Part shown: piece after piece, positions 25,552 to 38,746 of the stretch
How positions within the stretch are numbered: position 1 is the stretch's first letter
Layout: each line of letters begins with the position of its first letter
Assembly: GCF_033153115.1 (NCBI RefSeq)
Contig: NW_026889774.1
Coordinates: 1,302,001-1,366,000 of the forward strand
DNA length: 64,000 nucleotides
DNA from: Saccostrea echinata
Taxonomy: Eukaryota
Reading direction: 5' to 3'
Notes under the pieces: generated by a model
Seen by the model: the letters and a program-made list of their open reading frames with translations, nothing else
Databases searched by the model: none
Told to the model about the DNA's origin: nothing
Made by a program: the position numbers and the translations under genes

Positions 25552-25688
25552 CTGAACTCTCTTCTCTGTTTCCCCGATGATTTCGCTAATGCACTGACGC
25601 TCGTCTTTCGTTGGAAATCCGCTGATAGCATAAACTTCCGTCATCACGTCAAGTGCAAATGCACTGAAAGTGCTGTAACGTTTGATTT
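25552..25688 (-). CDS. Homeobox exon (homeodomain residues 1-46)
   Basis: atttcag|AA ATC AAA CGT ... AGA GTT CAG|gtaaaa; xIKRYSTFSAFALDVMTEVYAISGFPTKDERQCISEIIGETEKRVQ. Splicing to 20896 gives an exact 60-aa homeodomain with F8, L13, M16, Y20, P26, R31, V45, W48, F49, R53. Confidence 0.88.
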
Positions 25689-27593
25689 CTGAAATTAATT
25701 AGCATAATTAGGTATCTCCATCAAAATGACAAGAAAATTCGTCAATTCTAGATCTTTGCGAAAATTGCATGAACTCTTTCGCCATGCCTTTTGAAAACAT
25801 ATATGCAGATTCTATATCTATTTTTTTTTTAAATGAAGGACAATTTATAGGACGATATTATTATATTTATATGCCTATATATTGTAGCGACTTATCAAAG
25901 CTAAGAAAATATTTAAGTAAAAGATATACTTGTGTTCAAATGTTTCTGAATCATTTTGTTACAAGTCTGAAATTGAATACATTTGCCCATTTCTTAGCAA
26001 CGTAGATATAAAGCGACATTTTTTTTTTTTTTTGATTAAACGAAAACGTAACTGTTTAGGAAAAGATTAAGTTTTTTTTCTTTCTCTAACACTTGACACT
26101 TAAGTGTTAAAAAAGAGATGAGCACTTTTTTTTATTTTGTCTTGAAGTGCATATTTCTTATATATACATGTAATTCCTTTCAGACAGAATATCAAAATCC
26201 TTAGTAGCAATGACGTTAAAACCAAATGTAAAATACTCATGTATATGACTGGCAAAAAGATCTACCCTCGTCTTTAAAGATGACCTCTACTCGATCTTAA
26301 ACAGTCATGTTGTTCTCTCCCCCCCCCCCCCCCCCCCGAAAAAAAACTTTATTCATAGTTTGTTGCTTGAGTCTCGTAATATACTTTATTAAAATTTATA
26401 TAAATTGATAGTAAACTTATGACTTGCATCTATATTAAGAAATATTAGCTACACAACTTAAAAAATCATATTCTCAAGTTATGTTAAGTTTTAATTCTAA
26501 CATTAAATTCCTGTAAAGTTCCGTAGCTTTAATTACGCTAATTACAGACACACACTGCCACCCCCACGAAGCTTAGGACTATTATGGAACCAAATTAGAC
26601 TTTACCACAAGACTTAGAGAATATGAACGAGTATTAAAATTGTTTCTTGGGTAAATATTTGAAGATTGATTTTCTTATTATTTCATCCATGAGATGCTGC
26701 TTAACCTGTCTTCGTGCAGATATAGATGAATCAAAATTAGTTTTCATTATGCAGGGAAGTTTGAAGTTGCCTATGCACATTAAATAATAATTTTATTAAT
26801 TAATCTAATTACATCTACATGTAATTACTTAATAATTTTGGTCCTTATGTAACCGTACCTCAGTTTGGACAGGATACGTTGTACAATACAACCGTACATG
26901 GTATATCTTTTAATGATGTCTACGGTTTACATCGTACAAATGAAGCTTTTCTGGTGTAAATAATGTTTCTTACATGCGTTATTTACAAAATTTGAAAATT
27001 TTGAAATTTTACTTTATTTTGTCAACAATATTATTTTTTTTAAAACAAAATTTAATACAAAGGGGATTGAAAATGAAATGTACCTTACTCAAAATATACA
27101 AGTACATGCAGATATGTACTAGATTAAAGTTAGATGCAACAGATTTAAAGATTATTTTATACATGTATACACGTGAAATATATCGATGATGCATTGCAGG
27201 TAAGACATAAATTCTATTAAAGTTAAAAGTTGAACATAAATAATGTTTAAATTAAACGGGATCTAAAGGTGGAAAACTTAATTTGATAAATGTGCCGACT
27301 CTTTGACTAGTACATGTACAATGTACGTTCATGTACATGTATCTTCAAACGGAACAGAGGTTTTGGATGATCTGAAGAAGTTAGGGGATTCATCCCCCCT
27401 TTCCATCTTAAGTGTAATTCACCCCTCTGAAATACTTTATATAGGTTATTCATCGACAGGTAAGATTTGGCACAAACTAACTCAACAAAATTAAATTTAC
27501 ATATTACATCTTGTGAAAATGTACATATTATCTTGTGAAAATGTACATATCTTGTGATAATGATAATTAACTTAAAAAATGTATATTTTGTTT

Positions 27594-29109
27594 GAATTGA
27601 ACATATTTTATTGACAAAGTCAAAAGGATCGGACACAAGTTCAGAAACTTAGATAGTCTTCTCCTAATACAACATTTTATAAAATTGCCAGATTAAAAAA
27701 ACATATATACATATGGTCTACTACATATACATCGTAGTAATAGAAAGGAAAAAAAAGTTCTTTAAGTGTAAAAGTATAATTTGAATTGGTAAGAAGAAAA
27801 AAAATGAAGGTTATTTTGAAAAACGACCACATTCATTTAAGAAAGTTTGAATAGTCTTGAAAAGTTCAGCATTTTGTTCAATAGTGAGAGAATCATCGCC
27901 CCATAGCATTAAAGGTACATCTATAACATATAAATAATTAAATGACAATAGCTTATTCATTAAGGAATTCCTTGCTTTCACATAATATTTACAAGCAAAA
28001 AACAAATGATATGCATCTTCTAGTAGTCCACAAGAACAATTAGGACTGGTTATTAGGTTACAGCGATATAAGTCAGAATTTAGAATACAATTATGTCTTA
28101 ATCTTGTATGAATTATGTTCAAAAACCTTTTTCCATATGAAAAATATTTTTGAGGTTTTTCAATACTGTTGTGCAGATAGTTTTTAAAAATTTTGATAGA
28201 AGTTGCCTCCCTTGTTTTAAGACTAAGGGAATTCCACTTTCTAACAGTATCAGGAATAAATGATTTATTATATAGTTCTAATCTGTATTTTGGCAAAGAA
28301 TAATTTAAGGAATTCCTGGTAGTGTATCCTGAAATATTGCCTCTTGTATCAGGTACTAAATTTTGTAAATAATTAGGTACTAAATTATTGTGCATTTTAT
28401 ACATTGTTATTAGTTTTGCTCTGTTTCTTCTGTATTCCAATGGTTCCCAACCTGTTTCCAAATATAATGAATTTCTTGAAGCAATAATTGTAAGCCCAGT
28501 AACTATTCTTGCAGCAAATAATTGTACTTTTTCAAGATTCTCAATGTCTGTTTTTGTGCATCCAGACCAAACTTCAACAGCATATTCAAGTTGTGGTCTA
28601 ATAAAAGATATATACATCTGGGATAGAATTTCTCTTGACACAGAAAATTTTAGTTTTTTAAGAAGCCCCAGCTTTTTGTATGCTTTCTGTATAATGATAT
28701 CAATATGATCAGACCATCCTAAGTTGGACGACAGAAGTATCCCAAGATGTTTGTGTTCTGTAACATATTCCAATTGGCAATTGTCAAAAAATAATTTTGG
28801 AAACTGCTGCACATTTTTTAAGTTAAAAAATACAGCTTTGGTTTTCTGTGGATTAAATTTCAATAACCATTTCTTTGACCATTCATCTAGTATTTTAAGA
28901 TCATGATTAAGATTTTGTTCAATATGATTGATATTATCTGAACATTGTTGTAAGGAATTATCGTCAGTATATAATCTACAAACAGATATCATATTTTCAG
29001 CCACATCATTTACATACAGTAAAAATAACAAGGGACCAAGTACTGAGCCCTGAGGAACTCCGGCTTTTACATGTCCTACAGAGGAAAAGTGATTTCTATA
29101 CATGACTTG
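27594..29109 (-). mobile_element. 5'-truncated CR1-group LINE, young copy
   Basis: Candidate 11-bp TSD ATATTTTGTTT at 27583-27593 and 29110-29120; 3'UTR ends with AATAAA near 27610. Confidence 0.9.
27811..29109 (-). CDS. C-terminal part of LINE ORF2 (reverse transcriptase motifs and C-terminal Cys/His region)
   Basis: GVPQGSVLGPLLFLLYVND, LYTDD, KHLG, RPQLEYAVEVW, CSCG..EDAYHLFFAC; ~430 codons with no stop. Confidence 0.93.
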   Translation of the reverse strand, partial: QVMYRNHFSSVGHVKAGVPQGSVLGPLLFLLYVNDVAENMISVCRLYTDDNSLQQCSDNINHIEQNLNHDLKILDEWSKKWLLKFNPQKTKAVFFNLKNVQQFPKLFFDNCQLEYVTEHKHLGILLSSNLGWSDHIDIIIQKAYKKLGLLKKLKFSVSREILSQMYISFIRPQLEYAVEVWSGCTKTDIENLEKVQLFAARIVTGLTIIASRNSLYLETGWEPLEYRRNRAKLITMYKMHNNLVPNYLQNLVPDTRGNISGYTTRNSLNYSLPKYRLELYNKSFIPDTVRKWNSLSLKTREATSIKIFKNYLHNSIEKPQKYFSYGKRFLNIIHTRLRHNCILNSDLYRCNLITSPNCSCGLLEDAYHLFFACKYYVKARNSLMNKLLSFNYLYVIDVPLMLWGDDSLTIEQNAELFKTIQTFLNECGRFSK

Positions 29110-29391
29110 ATATTTTGTTTTACAATTATCACTGATAATGGAACACATCGATGGGTTCAAATTTTAATGCAACAACCTATATCTTACTATCAAAATCTAA
29201 ATATGAAAATGCTTTTGTTTTTCATGTACTATTAAAAGCAAATAAAAAAAGAAAACAAACAAATCACCCCACCCCACTCCCAAAAAAATCCATGGGGAAC
29301 GGGATGCGCGTACATTGTATGCATACAGTGCTTCAACGGGCATAGGCTTACCGTTCGTTACCTTCATATTTCAATCTCTTTCGCACTATTA

Positions 29392-29541
29392 NNNNNNNNN
29401 NNNNNNNNNNNNNNNNNNNNNNNNNNNNNNNNNNNNNNNNNNNNNNNNNNNNNNNNNNNNNNNNNNNNNNNNNNNNNNNNNNNNNNNNNNNNNNNNNNNN
29501 NNNNNNNNNNNNNNNNNNNNNNNNNNNNNNNNNNNNNNNNN
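29392..29541. other. Assembly gap
   Basis: Run of N. Confidence 1.
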
Positions 29542-29589
29542 GAGATTTTGTATGAAATTATATATCTGTTATTTTTTTGTTTGATAATA

Positions 29590-29990
29590 GGAAAATGTTC
29601 ATAAATTAATTTCTTGTCTTGTTCAAACCAGACAAATCCAAGTCCATTTTCAAAAAGTTTTTCCTTGATATGTACAACCCAGCTGTTGTGGAATATTCAC
29701 AACACATTTTCGGGATACAATTATCAGTTTCTAACAACTTGAACCAAAATTTAAAAATACGAAAAATGCGAACAATCTTCATCGGGAGTCTACAAGTTTC
29801 AACATAAATCATAGCAGTATTTGACTGTGCTCTTTCTTACACCTAAAACATATTTAATAAAGTCCAAATGTACTTTTTCAATATTACTAGCATTGTGTCC
29901 CCCCATACTTTGCAACCATAATTCAATTTGCTTGCAACATAAGAATCAAAAAGTGAAAAGTAAGATGGTACTCGAGGTCATGCTTCGCTA
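29590..29990 (-). mobile_element. Degenerate CR1/L2-group LINE ORF2 fragment
   Basis: Frameshifted ...NASNIEKVHLDFIKYVLGVRKSTV / MIYVETCRLPMKIVRIFRIFKFWFKLL, typical of the post-RT region. Confidence 0.75.
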
Positions 29991-31119
29991 CTAGCATATA
30001 ATAATTATTAATTAACAAAATTGAAAGTTTCTTGTTATATTCATTTAATTTTTTTTTACATGTTATAAAACAATTTTTTTTTGATGTTTTTTTTTCAGTC
30101 GCTGATTTTATTTCAAGTAAAGTAACCATTATTAAAAATTTTAATATCTAATAAATCATTGATTAAATCTTAATTACACTGTATCAAGGCTTGATTTGAA
30201 AACAAAACTTAGAAATGTCAATTTGGACACTGGGATATAATGATGAGTGCTAATTATGAGACAAAAGAGGGCACATCAAAATAAAGATTGTTAGGTCGGG
30301 AATAAAAAATAGATTTACTTTCATTAATATTGCAACGTGTATCAATGTATACAACCCGGGGTTGGCCATTTAAGCGGATGGACGGTTTTTTAATTTGTGG
30401 AAAATTTAGCGGAATATTTGTGGAAAATTTAGCGGAAGATTTATTGAACATCTTAGCTAAAGATTTATAGGATATCTTAGCTGAAATCAAAATTATATAC
30501 CAGCACTATTAAAATATCAAGTCAAGACAAAACATAACATATTTACACTATTTATAAGTCAGTATTGGCTCTCTATCTGTTTATATGTATATTTACAAGT
30601 AAAATCTTACAGATAAAATTGTAATCAAATACGAAGGTCATTTACTTTCTCTTTTGATTTTTTCATGGCTATTACATGTAGTCCATATTACTGTTTCACC
30701 TAATGCATCAGATTGACAAGTACACAAGTATTAAAGCACATAACAATAGGCAGAAAAAAATATTTCTTTATGTAAAATCTGCTTTTTATTCCTTTAATGG
30801 TAGTTTACTAGAGTCATATTTAGTTAAGAATCTAGAAATATAGTAAAAACATAATTTACACCTACATGTATCGATCTACGCCTAATTTAAAAAAAAAAAA
30901 CATTAAAGTTAGTCACATTGAATTTGATGAACAAACAAGCATCTTTAAAGCTTTTCAAAGAATGACCGTCATCAAAATTAAACCCAATTTCCTAAAATGA
31001 CTTCTTTTTGTGACCAGCTGGTGACATGAATGTTACACTACATACTGCATTATAATGTTCTTACAGAATTTACGTTATAGATACATGTATGGCATGCGGA
31101 ACTTATAAGGTATTCAATT

Positions 31120-31886
31120 AAGGGGGCCGACTGGGATTTTCATTGCGCAATACTTCGCGCAGCATAGTAAAATAAAGCGTATTTACTCTATTAAAGTAAC
31201 TACATGTATTTTTACATAATTTATAAAAATTAACAAATTTAGGAAATCTCAGGTTAAAAAAATCTAATAACGTTTTTAAATAACTGATTTTTAAACGATT
31301 TTTCAAATGACGTGTAGATAGACGTCGTAATAGTGTGTTTTTGACGTTATGAATAACCGAAGTTCTTTAAGCGGGGTCATTAATTATGTCATAAAATAAA
31401 AAAAAAGTATAAAATATATGCTCTTGAAATTTTAAACATAGTAAATTGAGAATCTAACAATCATTTTTATTATTTTTTATGTAATTTTGTGCTATCTGTC
31501 ATGTTTTGTTATACTCCATAAAAACAGGAAAATATCATGAATTTTGATATTTTGAGATTCCCCGATCTGGAAACCAGACGGTAGATTTTTGTGTTTCTTG
31601 CACAAAATGTAAAGTATAGTATTACCGATCATATAATTTAATTTGAGCAAAAAGTTTACAGTAGCATTTGTATAATTTGCTTCGAAGTGCGAAAAAATGG
31701 TATTTTCCTATATAATCCTATAGTAAATGTACCTGTATTTTGAGATGGTCCCTAAAAAATAACCAGACGGTAGATTTTCGCTAAACTTGGCATGTTTACT
31801 GAAGTCAATGAAAGGTACATATGGTATAAAATTAAAGAGTTTCTCTATATTAATTTTCACACAATAAAACCCCAGTCGGCTCCCTT
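31120..31886. mobile_element. Kolobok-type MITE
   Basis: AAGGGGGCCGACTGGGATTTT ... AAAACCCCAGTCGGCTCCCTT with TTAA at or next to both ends. Confidence 0.7.
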
Positions 31887-33072
31887 TTAAACAATATCCA
31901 TGAACAGCTGTGCAGATAATTTTGTCCATAATGTCATACATGTAGTGTCGTCGAATTTTACATGAGACATGAATCTAAGTAGTTCAGAGCAACTAAAATG
32001 TGGTTCAACGTTTTAATTTCATGGGCATGCTTATATTTGTAACGTGTAAACTGCCTTTCACTATTAAAATAAGTACATGTACATCTCTACCAGGTTGTAT
32101 GTAAAGCATGTTAAAATTCCTAATACTTTCTACTCAAAAAATAAATATGACTCAATGAAATCTAATGTTTCGTTAATTTATGTCATGTTTACTAGACATT
32201 TCTATGGATGTTTAATAAAAACCAAAAAAATGGAGTAAATTGTATGAATAAGTGTAAATACCTGTCTTTCTTTTCTCTGCCATCTCTTGTGTCTTAGAGG
32301 TGTACCGTAAAACTGACCAGTGGAGGATTCTTTTCTTCAACTTAAGGCTACAAATATTTAATTGAGAGAACTTAATGAGGAGAACAGAAAGATGGTATGA
32401 TATCATGTTTAAAGAAGCGGCTAATTATTTACTTCTAATTAAATTTAATTATAATATCGGAGATTGCTAGTAATTATTTTTTGTTCGAAATATGCATAAT
32501 TACTTGAATAAGCAACATTGCCCCTTTTAATGCTTACACATATTACATAATTAATATGGACTGTATAATAGAAAAAGGAATTAAGTAAGATGTTTTTTTT
32601 TTAATTATATAGTGTATTGCCATCTGTAACCCAAGTTATAATGATTAAATTTACATGCATGATATACTCATGTTTCGTCGCATTCCTTTTTTCTTTCAAA
32701 ATTTTATTGTAGAAAATTAAGATGTGAATTTATCTTATGACAGTTAAATCAAGTTTTAGGTTTAAATTACTTTGTCTTTGCTTTAATGCATTATGGAAAA
32801 AGCTTAAAATATTACATGTAGATTATAGTATTTATTAACTACATTATTATTTTATTATATGAGTCAAAGGTGTATTTATAAGATGTGATAAAACTTGACA
32901 GTTATCTTCAGATGATAAATCCATTGTACATGTACGGATTTCAGTAAGGTCTTTTAAAAGCATTAGCATTTATGTTCTACATAGGACTTACATGCATATT
33001 CAAGTGAAACAAAAACATGATCAATTCAATCCCACGGCACCGAAATCAGTCAAACACGAATGACTTTTTTTC

Positions 33073-33076
<4 letters not shown>

Positions 33077-33109
<33 letters not shown>
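33077..33109. repeat. (CT)n microsatellite
   Basis: Pure CT run. Confidence 0.95.
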
Positions 33110-33112
<3 letters not shown>

Positions 33113-34381
33113 AATGCGCGAATTGTTTTATACTACAATATGTAATTAGAATATATATTTATATATATTATAATTGTTTCTATATATTGTTTACATATGC
33201 ATTACAGTCATAAACAAAATTAAAAGGTAGTTTACGGAATATCATCTACTGATTTACAAGTTACAATATATAACTTTATAATGTTGTAAATTTTGAATTT
33301 ATTATAGAGAAAATGATGCATGACACCAGAGTGAAACCGGTGATATTTAATCAAAAGAAAATATTTTGGTCCAATATATCACAAAATATAAATTAAAAGA
33401 ACAAATAAAATCCACAAACACATGTAGGCGAAATGCATAAAATAAAATGCTTTCCAGAAAAAGTAATAATGAACATAGAAATCCCGCGCAAGTTTTTACC
33501 ACTCCTGACGGAATAATTCTAGTAATATATCTTATAGTATCAACTAAAAGTTAAATACAGGCTTATAGCAGGAAAATACATTTTTTTTTTCAAAATCCCG
33601 CAATTGGTTTAGGAGCAGAAGAGATATCCCCCCTCCCTTGCCTCTTCATCTTTTTTTTAACTTCAAATTCTCATTTTCACTAATTGACGTTTTCTCATTA
33701 CATGTTGGTAACTTTATTTTGATACCTGATGTATTATGTTATATACGTATTGTACTTCGAGTATGCTCCGTTTCCATTTCCATCAAAAATAAAAGAAGGG
33801 AATGTGCACAGTTTACTGAATTTGCCACGGTATTTGGGGGGGGGGGTTTAGCTTTTCACACCTTACATGTATGTATAGGCCTGGTATTTAATACAAAATA
33901 TTATGCAGAAAAATTGAAGTACACATTTTTAAAAGCTTTAGTAATTTGTGAAAATTTAGAACGAACCACTTTTACTTCGTATACTATACCGTATTCATTA
34001 ATCGACATTTTCTTTTAAGCAAGATTGCTACAAGATACAAATTGTACTTAGGGTTCCTTGTCATGATGTTCTCAGTGGCAAATATGCACATTTTACTGAA
34101 AAATTTATTATCACAACCTACTAATAGTCTTTCGATATATAAATATATTCACAAATTATAGTGTTATTAATCTCTCAGCTGCTTCACCATTATTTTCATG
34201 CCCATTCACACAAAAGCTTTCTTTTATATTCATGTAATGATAATCTCTTTTTATCATCGGGCTGAATGCCAAATGTTGTTCTCAAAATTTCCGTTAAGAT
34301 TAAGATCGGTGAATGACGAAAACGATTTCTACAGTTTGTTTTTAATCAGTTATCACAACTTATTTCTCTTTTGTCACTTAA

Positions 34382-34714
34382 AGCAATATGAACTGCATTT
34401 TTTGAGAATTTAATTTTGCTGTTAAAATGTGCTGTTTTGATAAATTTAGTGTAATTTGAACCTTTTTGATCAATTTGACATACATAAAGTATTAAATTGT
34501 TTCAGAAGAAAGATTTCTGTACAATCGAGTATAAGGAATCGATGTACATGACAACAATAATGTAATTCTGCTTCAATCAAAGCTTAAAAATAGTTCTTCC
34601 ATCCCAAATATGAATAATAGAAGATTATAAACGTTCTTTTTTTTTGTCATTGAAATAGTAAATTACAATTTTGCAACAAAAATTTCCGACATCAAAGTTG
34701 CAGCTCATATTGCT
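34382..34714. mobile_element. Kolobok-type MITE (333 bp)
   Basis: TTAA|AGCAATATGAACTGCA ... TGCAGCTCATATTGCT|TTAA. Confidence 0.8.
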
Positions 34715-35864
34715 TTAAATCACGTTTTGATTGAACAATTCATTAATGGCGTGTTATGAAATAATTAAACGATTGCTTGTTGCCAGTTTCACTAAAAATT
34801 GCCAGTAACTTAGATCCGCCAAGCGGAACCACCACCATTTGCTATTTCCAGCTGATTATCGAAAATGAAGGTAGACTTTTAATTAAATATAAGATAATTA
34901 CTATGCGAGGAAATCTTAATTATATATAGTTTGCGGACATTACTGCATGTCTAGTGTGATATTAACGGAATAAGTATAAACTCTGGTGCAGGCGTTTCGG
35001 AGTTTATTTGCAACATTTATTAATTTATAAGTATAGAGGCTGTATATGTACGTGTAGACACCGGTATTAAGTCCACATAACAAGACCATTTTTCAGGTGT
35101 ATGGAGTATATACATGTATACAACCACGTATACAATTTTGCATCAAAACTGCACCCAGTTTCATTTTCTGGTAGCTAAGGATCAAAATTAAGTCTAAAAT
35201 GTCTTATAAATCTGTATCAATTTAATCTTCATGCACTCTTAGATTTTTAAAAAAATGTTTCGAGATGATGTATTTCCTTTCCATTCTTCACTCTCATAAA
35301 GTTTTCAGATTGACACCCTGAATTTTGTCGTGCAAGTGCACATGACGAATAACAAGAAGTCTGACTTGTTTTAAAGATGTGCTTTAATTATAATTTTATT
35401 TTAAGTAAGACAGGTAAAAGTAGGTAGAAGTAGCTACTTTAAGTAGATTTATATACCTAGGAAGTAAAATTTCCCCCCCCCCCCCCAAAAAAAAAAAAAA
35501 TACTGTACATGTGGAGCGGCCCATTAAAGCTTTCGATATTTAACTCCGTAGATTTTTGTTTGTTTGTTTGTTTGTTTTATATGAAGAATAACGTTGTCAC
35601 TGCATAAATCCTCATGATACGACTGCTCTTCTTCTCTGCTTCACTGTTCGAATCTTTAAAATAAGAAGAAAAAATTACACAAAAATAAGAGTACCTTTTT
35701 TTGTTTGTAATAGGAATGAAACAACATAAAATTTTTAACTTAACAGGAGCTTCAAGTTTATTTAGTATTAAGACTAGAGACAAAGAGAAACTTTATGTGT
35801 TGAATGAAATTGTCTGTAATAAATGTTATTCTCATCAGAGGTGTAATAAAAATAATTTACTCAC

Positions 35865-38746
35865 TGTTGATTCCTGAATCAGGGCAGAGACATGACATCT
35901 GATGGTGTCTACAATTTCTGGGGACATGGTGTTGGCAATATCAGTGGTGTTGGTCAAAAAGTGTCCAAACTCTTCTAGCTTTGGGACAGTTGGCTGGCCA
36001 AATCTGTGTTGCTTTTCGAGACGTGACTCCCACCAAGATGTTTCCTCATCTGCCAGGCTTCCACATCTTTTCCACTTGGGGAGATCTGTCATCATGACAT
36101 TTAAGCCCCCCTGCCTTTTTTCTGGCATGGCATTGATCGGAAGTGGTGAAGCATCAAAGGCTCTGGCCAACTCCGTGATGTCCAGCTCCTGGAAGGTTGC
36201 TCTCTGCAAGGGCCATTCCTTATATGACATGATGACCCTGTCCTCCTGAAGATGGAACCTGAAGCAGTGAGGGGACTTGTGGCCAGACAGCTGGATGGGT
36301 GACCGGAGTGCCGAGCTCGGTAGTCCCAAAGATCATCCATGTATTCTGTTGTGGGCTGGGGATGGTAGGCCACTTGGACTTCCTCATGGAGGGTATCTAG
36401 GGTCTTGATGGCCATCTTCCATATGTGGATAGATATCCTTGAAAACATCTGGTCCACATCCTCATGGATATGTCCTACCATCAAGAAGGACAGCTTCATC
36501 TACAGATAAGGAAAACGAACTACTGATACTTATAAGTATATATGTTATTACAATATTTTGAAAATTCTCTGAATGAGATTTTTTAAAAACTTTTTGACCA
36601 GTCTTTGGAGATGGTTATAATAACCATACCTTTTTAAATACTTTCATGAGAACCAAACTCCCAAGGAACGCCATCATGATGAATTTTTTGCCCTTTGCTG
36701 AATTGTCGGCCTGCAAGTAGAGTATGGGAGGCAACCGTCTTTGCTGCAATGAAAGGAATATTTTAAGTCTTAATTTGACCGATATAATAAACAAAACAAT
36801 GTTGTAAAATTGATTACAGTAGGGAATGCCAGGCAAATTTACAAAGCACATATATTATAAAACTATCTTACTGAATAAATTATTATATTATAAAAACTGA
36901 ATGTGTTCGTACCATAAGTAGATATTATTAAAGAATTAAAGATCTGAATAAGTGAAAATGGTTTATAGTTTCTAGATATATACCTGTGCAATGTCATCAA
37001 AGACTCTCAGCAAGCAATTCATTGATATTGGAATCACAGGAGAATTTGTCTGTTCATGTGAAGACATAGGATTTTCATTGACCATGGGCCAAGATTCCTG
37101 TGACGTGGTGATGGATCCTGGTGAGGCTGACATCTCCCTGTTAAAATAAATTTCATTGAGAAAATAAAAAAAAAAGAAATTGCAACAGACATGCACAGAA
37201 AGAAAGACAGATATAGAGCCAAGTCTAATAACTACGTGTAGTTGTCTGCTGCTTTGGACTAAAAATGATTGTGGTATATAGGGATTTTATTGTCGATAAA
37301 TTAGTTTTAAACCTCATTTGAAAACTTTTGAAAAGATAGAGACGGAGGGGGAGGGTATGAAGGGCCATTGTGCTTTAAAATTTGTAATCATCAAACCTTA
37401 ATTTAAAACTATAGTCAAAATTATGTTTACCTTATGATATGAGGGTAATCTGGGTAGATTTGTCTTCGCCTGGTCTATATTGTCGATGATAATCGAACAA
37501 TACTTCTGTGGGTTGTCTCTTGCTTTCTTAATGTGCATGTAGTACTTTTCTCGCGCAATTCTACAATTAAAAGACACAATATTACATAATTGATCATTGT
37601 CTGTCATTGATATTACATACCCTGACATATCCATTGCCACTTCCTTTCTAAAGACATAAACAAAAGACTCGGTTTTCACTTAGTTACAGTGAAATCTTAA
37701 GATAAGTTCCAGCTAATTTTTCAGAAACTAAATTGGTTGTATTTAAACTGTACTAGCTGCTTTAAAAGATTTACATTTAATGTTTTACATTATATATAAT
37801 AGTATATTCTTGATATATAATTTTATTTTCCTCTAATTTTAATTACTGGTATACAAATATGTTCCTGCCCCCGGGGATATCTATATTGTACTGGTATTTG
37901 CCTTTTAACATTGCCACTGCATAAATGATGGCTTTAAGTTAGACACACATTCAAGTGATATTACTACAATTTCTTATCACTGAAATGAAATTACTTCTGA
38001 ACAAGAAGATGGGCTTTCTTTTGCTCTTCTAACAGCAGTAACTGTACCTTAGATAGGTTCCCAGCCTTTTGCATTTCTAATCATGGAACACTCCTTACAT
38101 TCTGTAAATGTGGTTCTCTACAAAGATTTGAAAAAAAAAATGACGAGTATAAATTCATATAGATGTTGATAACATAAAGTGTTCCCTTTAAGCATGAAGG
38201 ACAGATGTTGTACAGTGTGCCATTGGCAACACAAGATAATAATTTTTTTTTGTAAAAAGAAAAATATTTACATTTTAATTTAGATTTTCAAACTCTGATT
38301 TTATACAACTCTTAATTATTTACTAAAACTTTTGGTTGAGTTCAGCGTGACTAAATCTTTCATGCATGACTATAAGAATGCATGCTCTTTAATAAAATGT
38401 ATTCAATGTACATTAATATCAGTATGCATGGCAATAAAAACATTCAATGATACATAAATTATGGATTTAGATAATTTAAAAAAAATCTACCATGCCCCTG
38501 ATGCTTTGATTTCTGGAAAACGGTCATTAAAATGCTCCAGACAGTAGGGGTTGCTGTGTCCACTTGCGTACTCCTCATACATGTTGTGAATGGAGTAACA
38601 TGTTGGGAGCATCACATTCCCATTGTTTGGCTGGACCTCCCCATGGGCTCTACCTGAGCTCCTGATGAAATTTACAACATCAGCTCTCCGGGGCCTGTCA
38701 TATTTGTGTGAGGTTCTTGCATCTCTTCCCCTTCAGCACATAGTAT
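35865..38746 (-). pseudogene. Spliced DDE transposase pseudogene (Sola1/DUF7869-like), six exons
   Basis: GT-AG exons 38491-38746, 37995-38117, 37431-37560, 36984-37137, 36630-36743, 35865-36499. Motifs FTECKEC, SIIIDNIDQAKTNLP, HVTGILAHG, LYLQADNS, LSFLMVGHIHEDVDQMFSRIS. Premature stops and frameshifts present. Confidence 0.8.

Noticed and set aside
26706-26770. Internal exon of the homeobox gene (NFKLPCIMKTNFDSSISARRQ)
   Set aside because: Has AG/GT ends, but its only open frame ends in phase 0, which is incompatible with the phase-1 homeobox exon.
29110-29160. N-terminus of the 449-aa ORF as a real start
   Set aside because: Lies outside the TSD; flanking DNA happens to be in frame with the truncated LINE.
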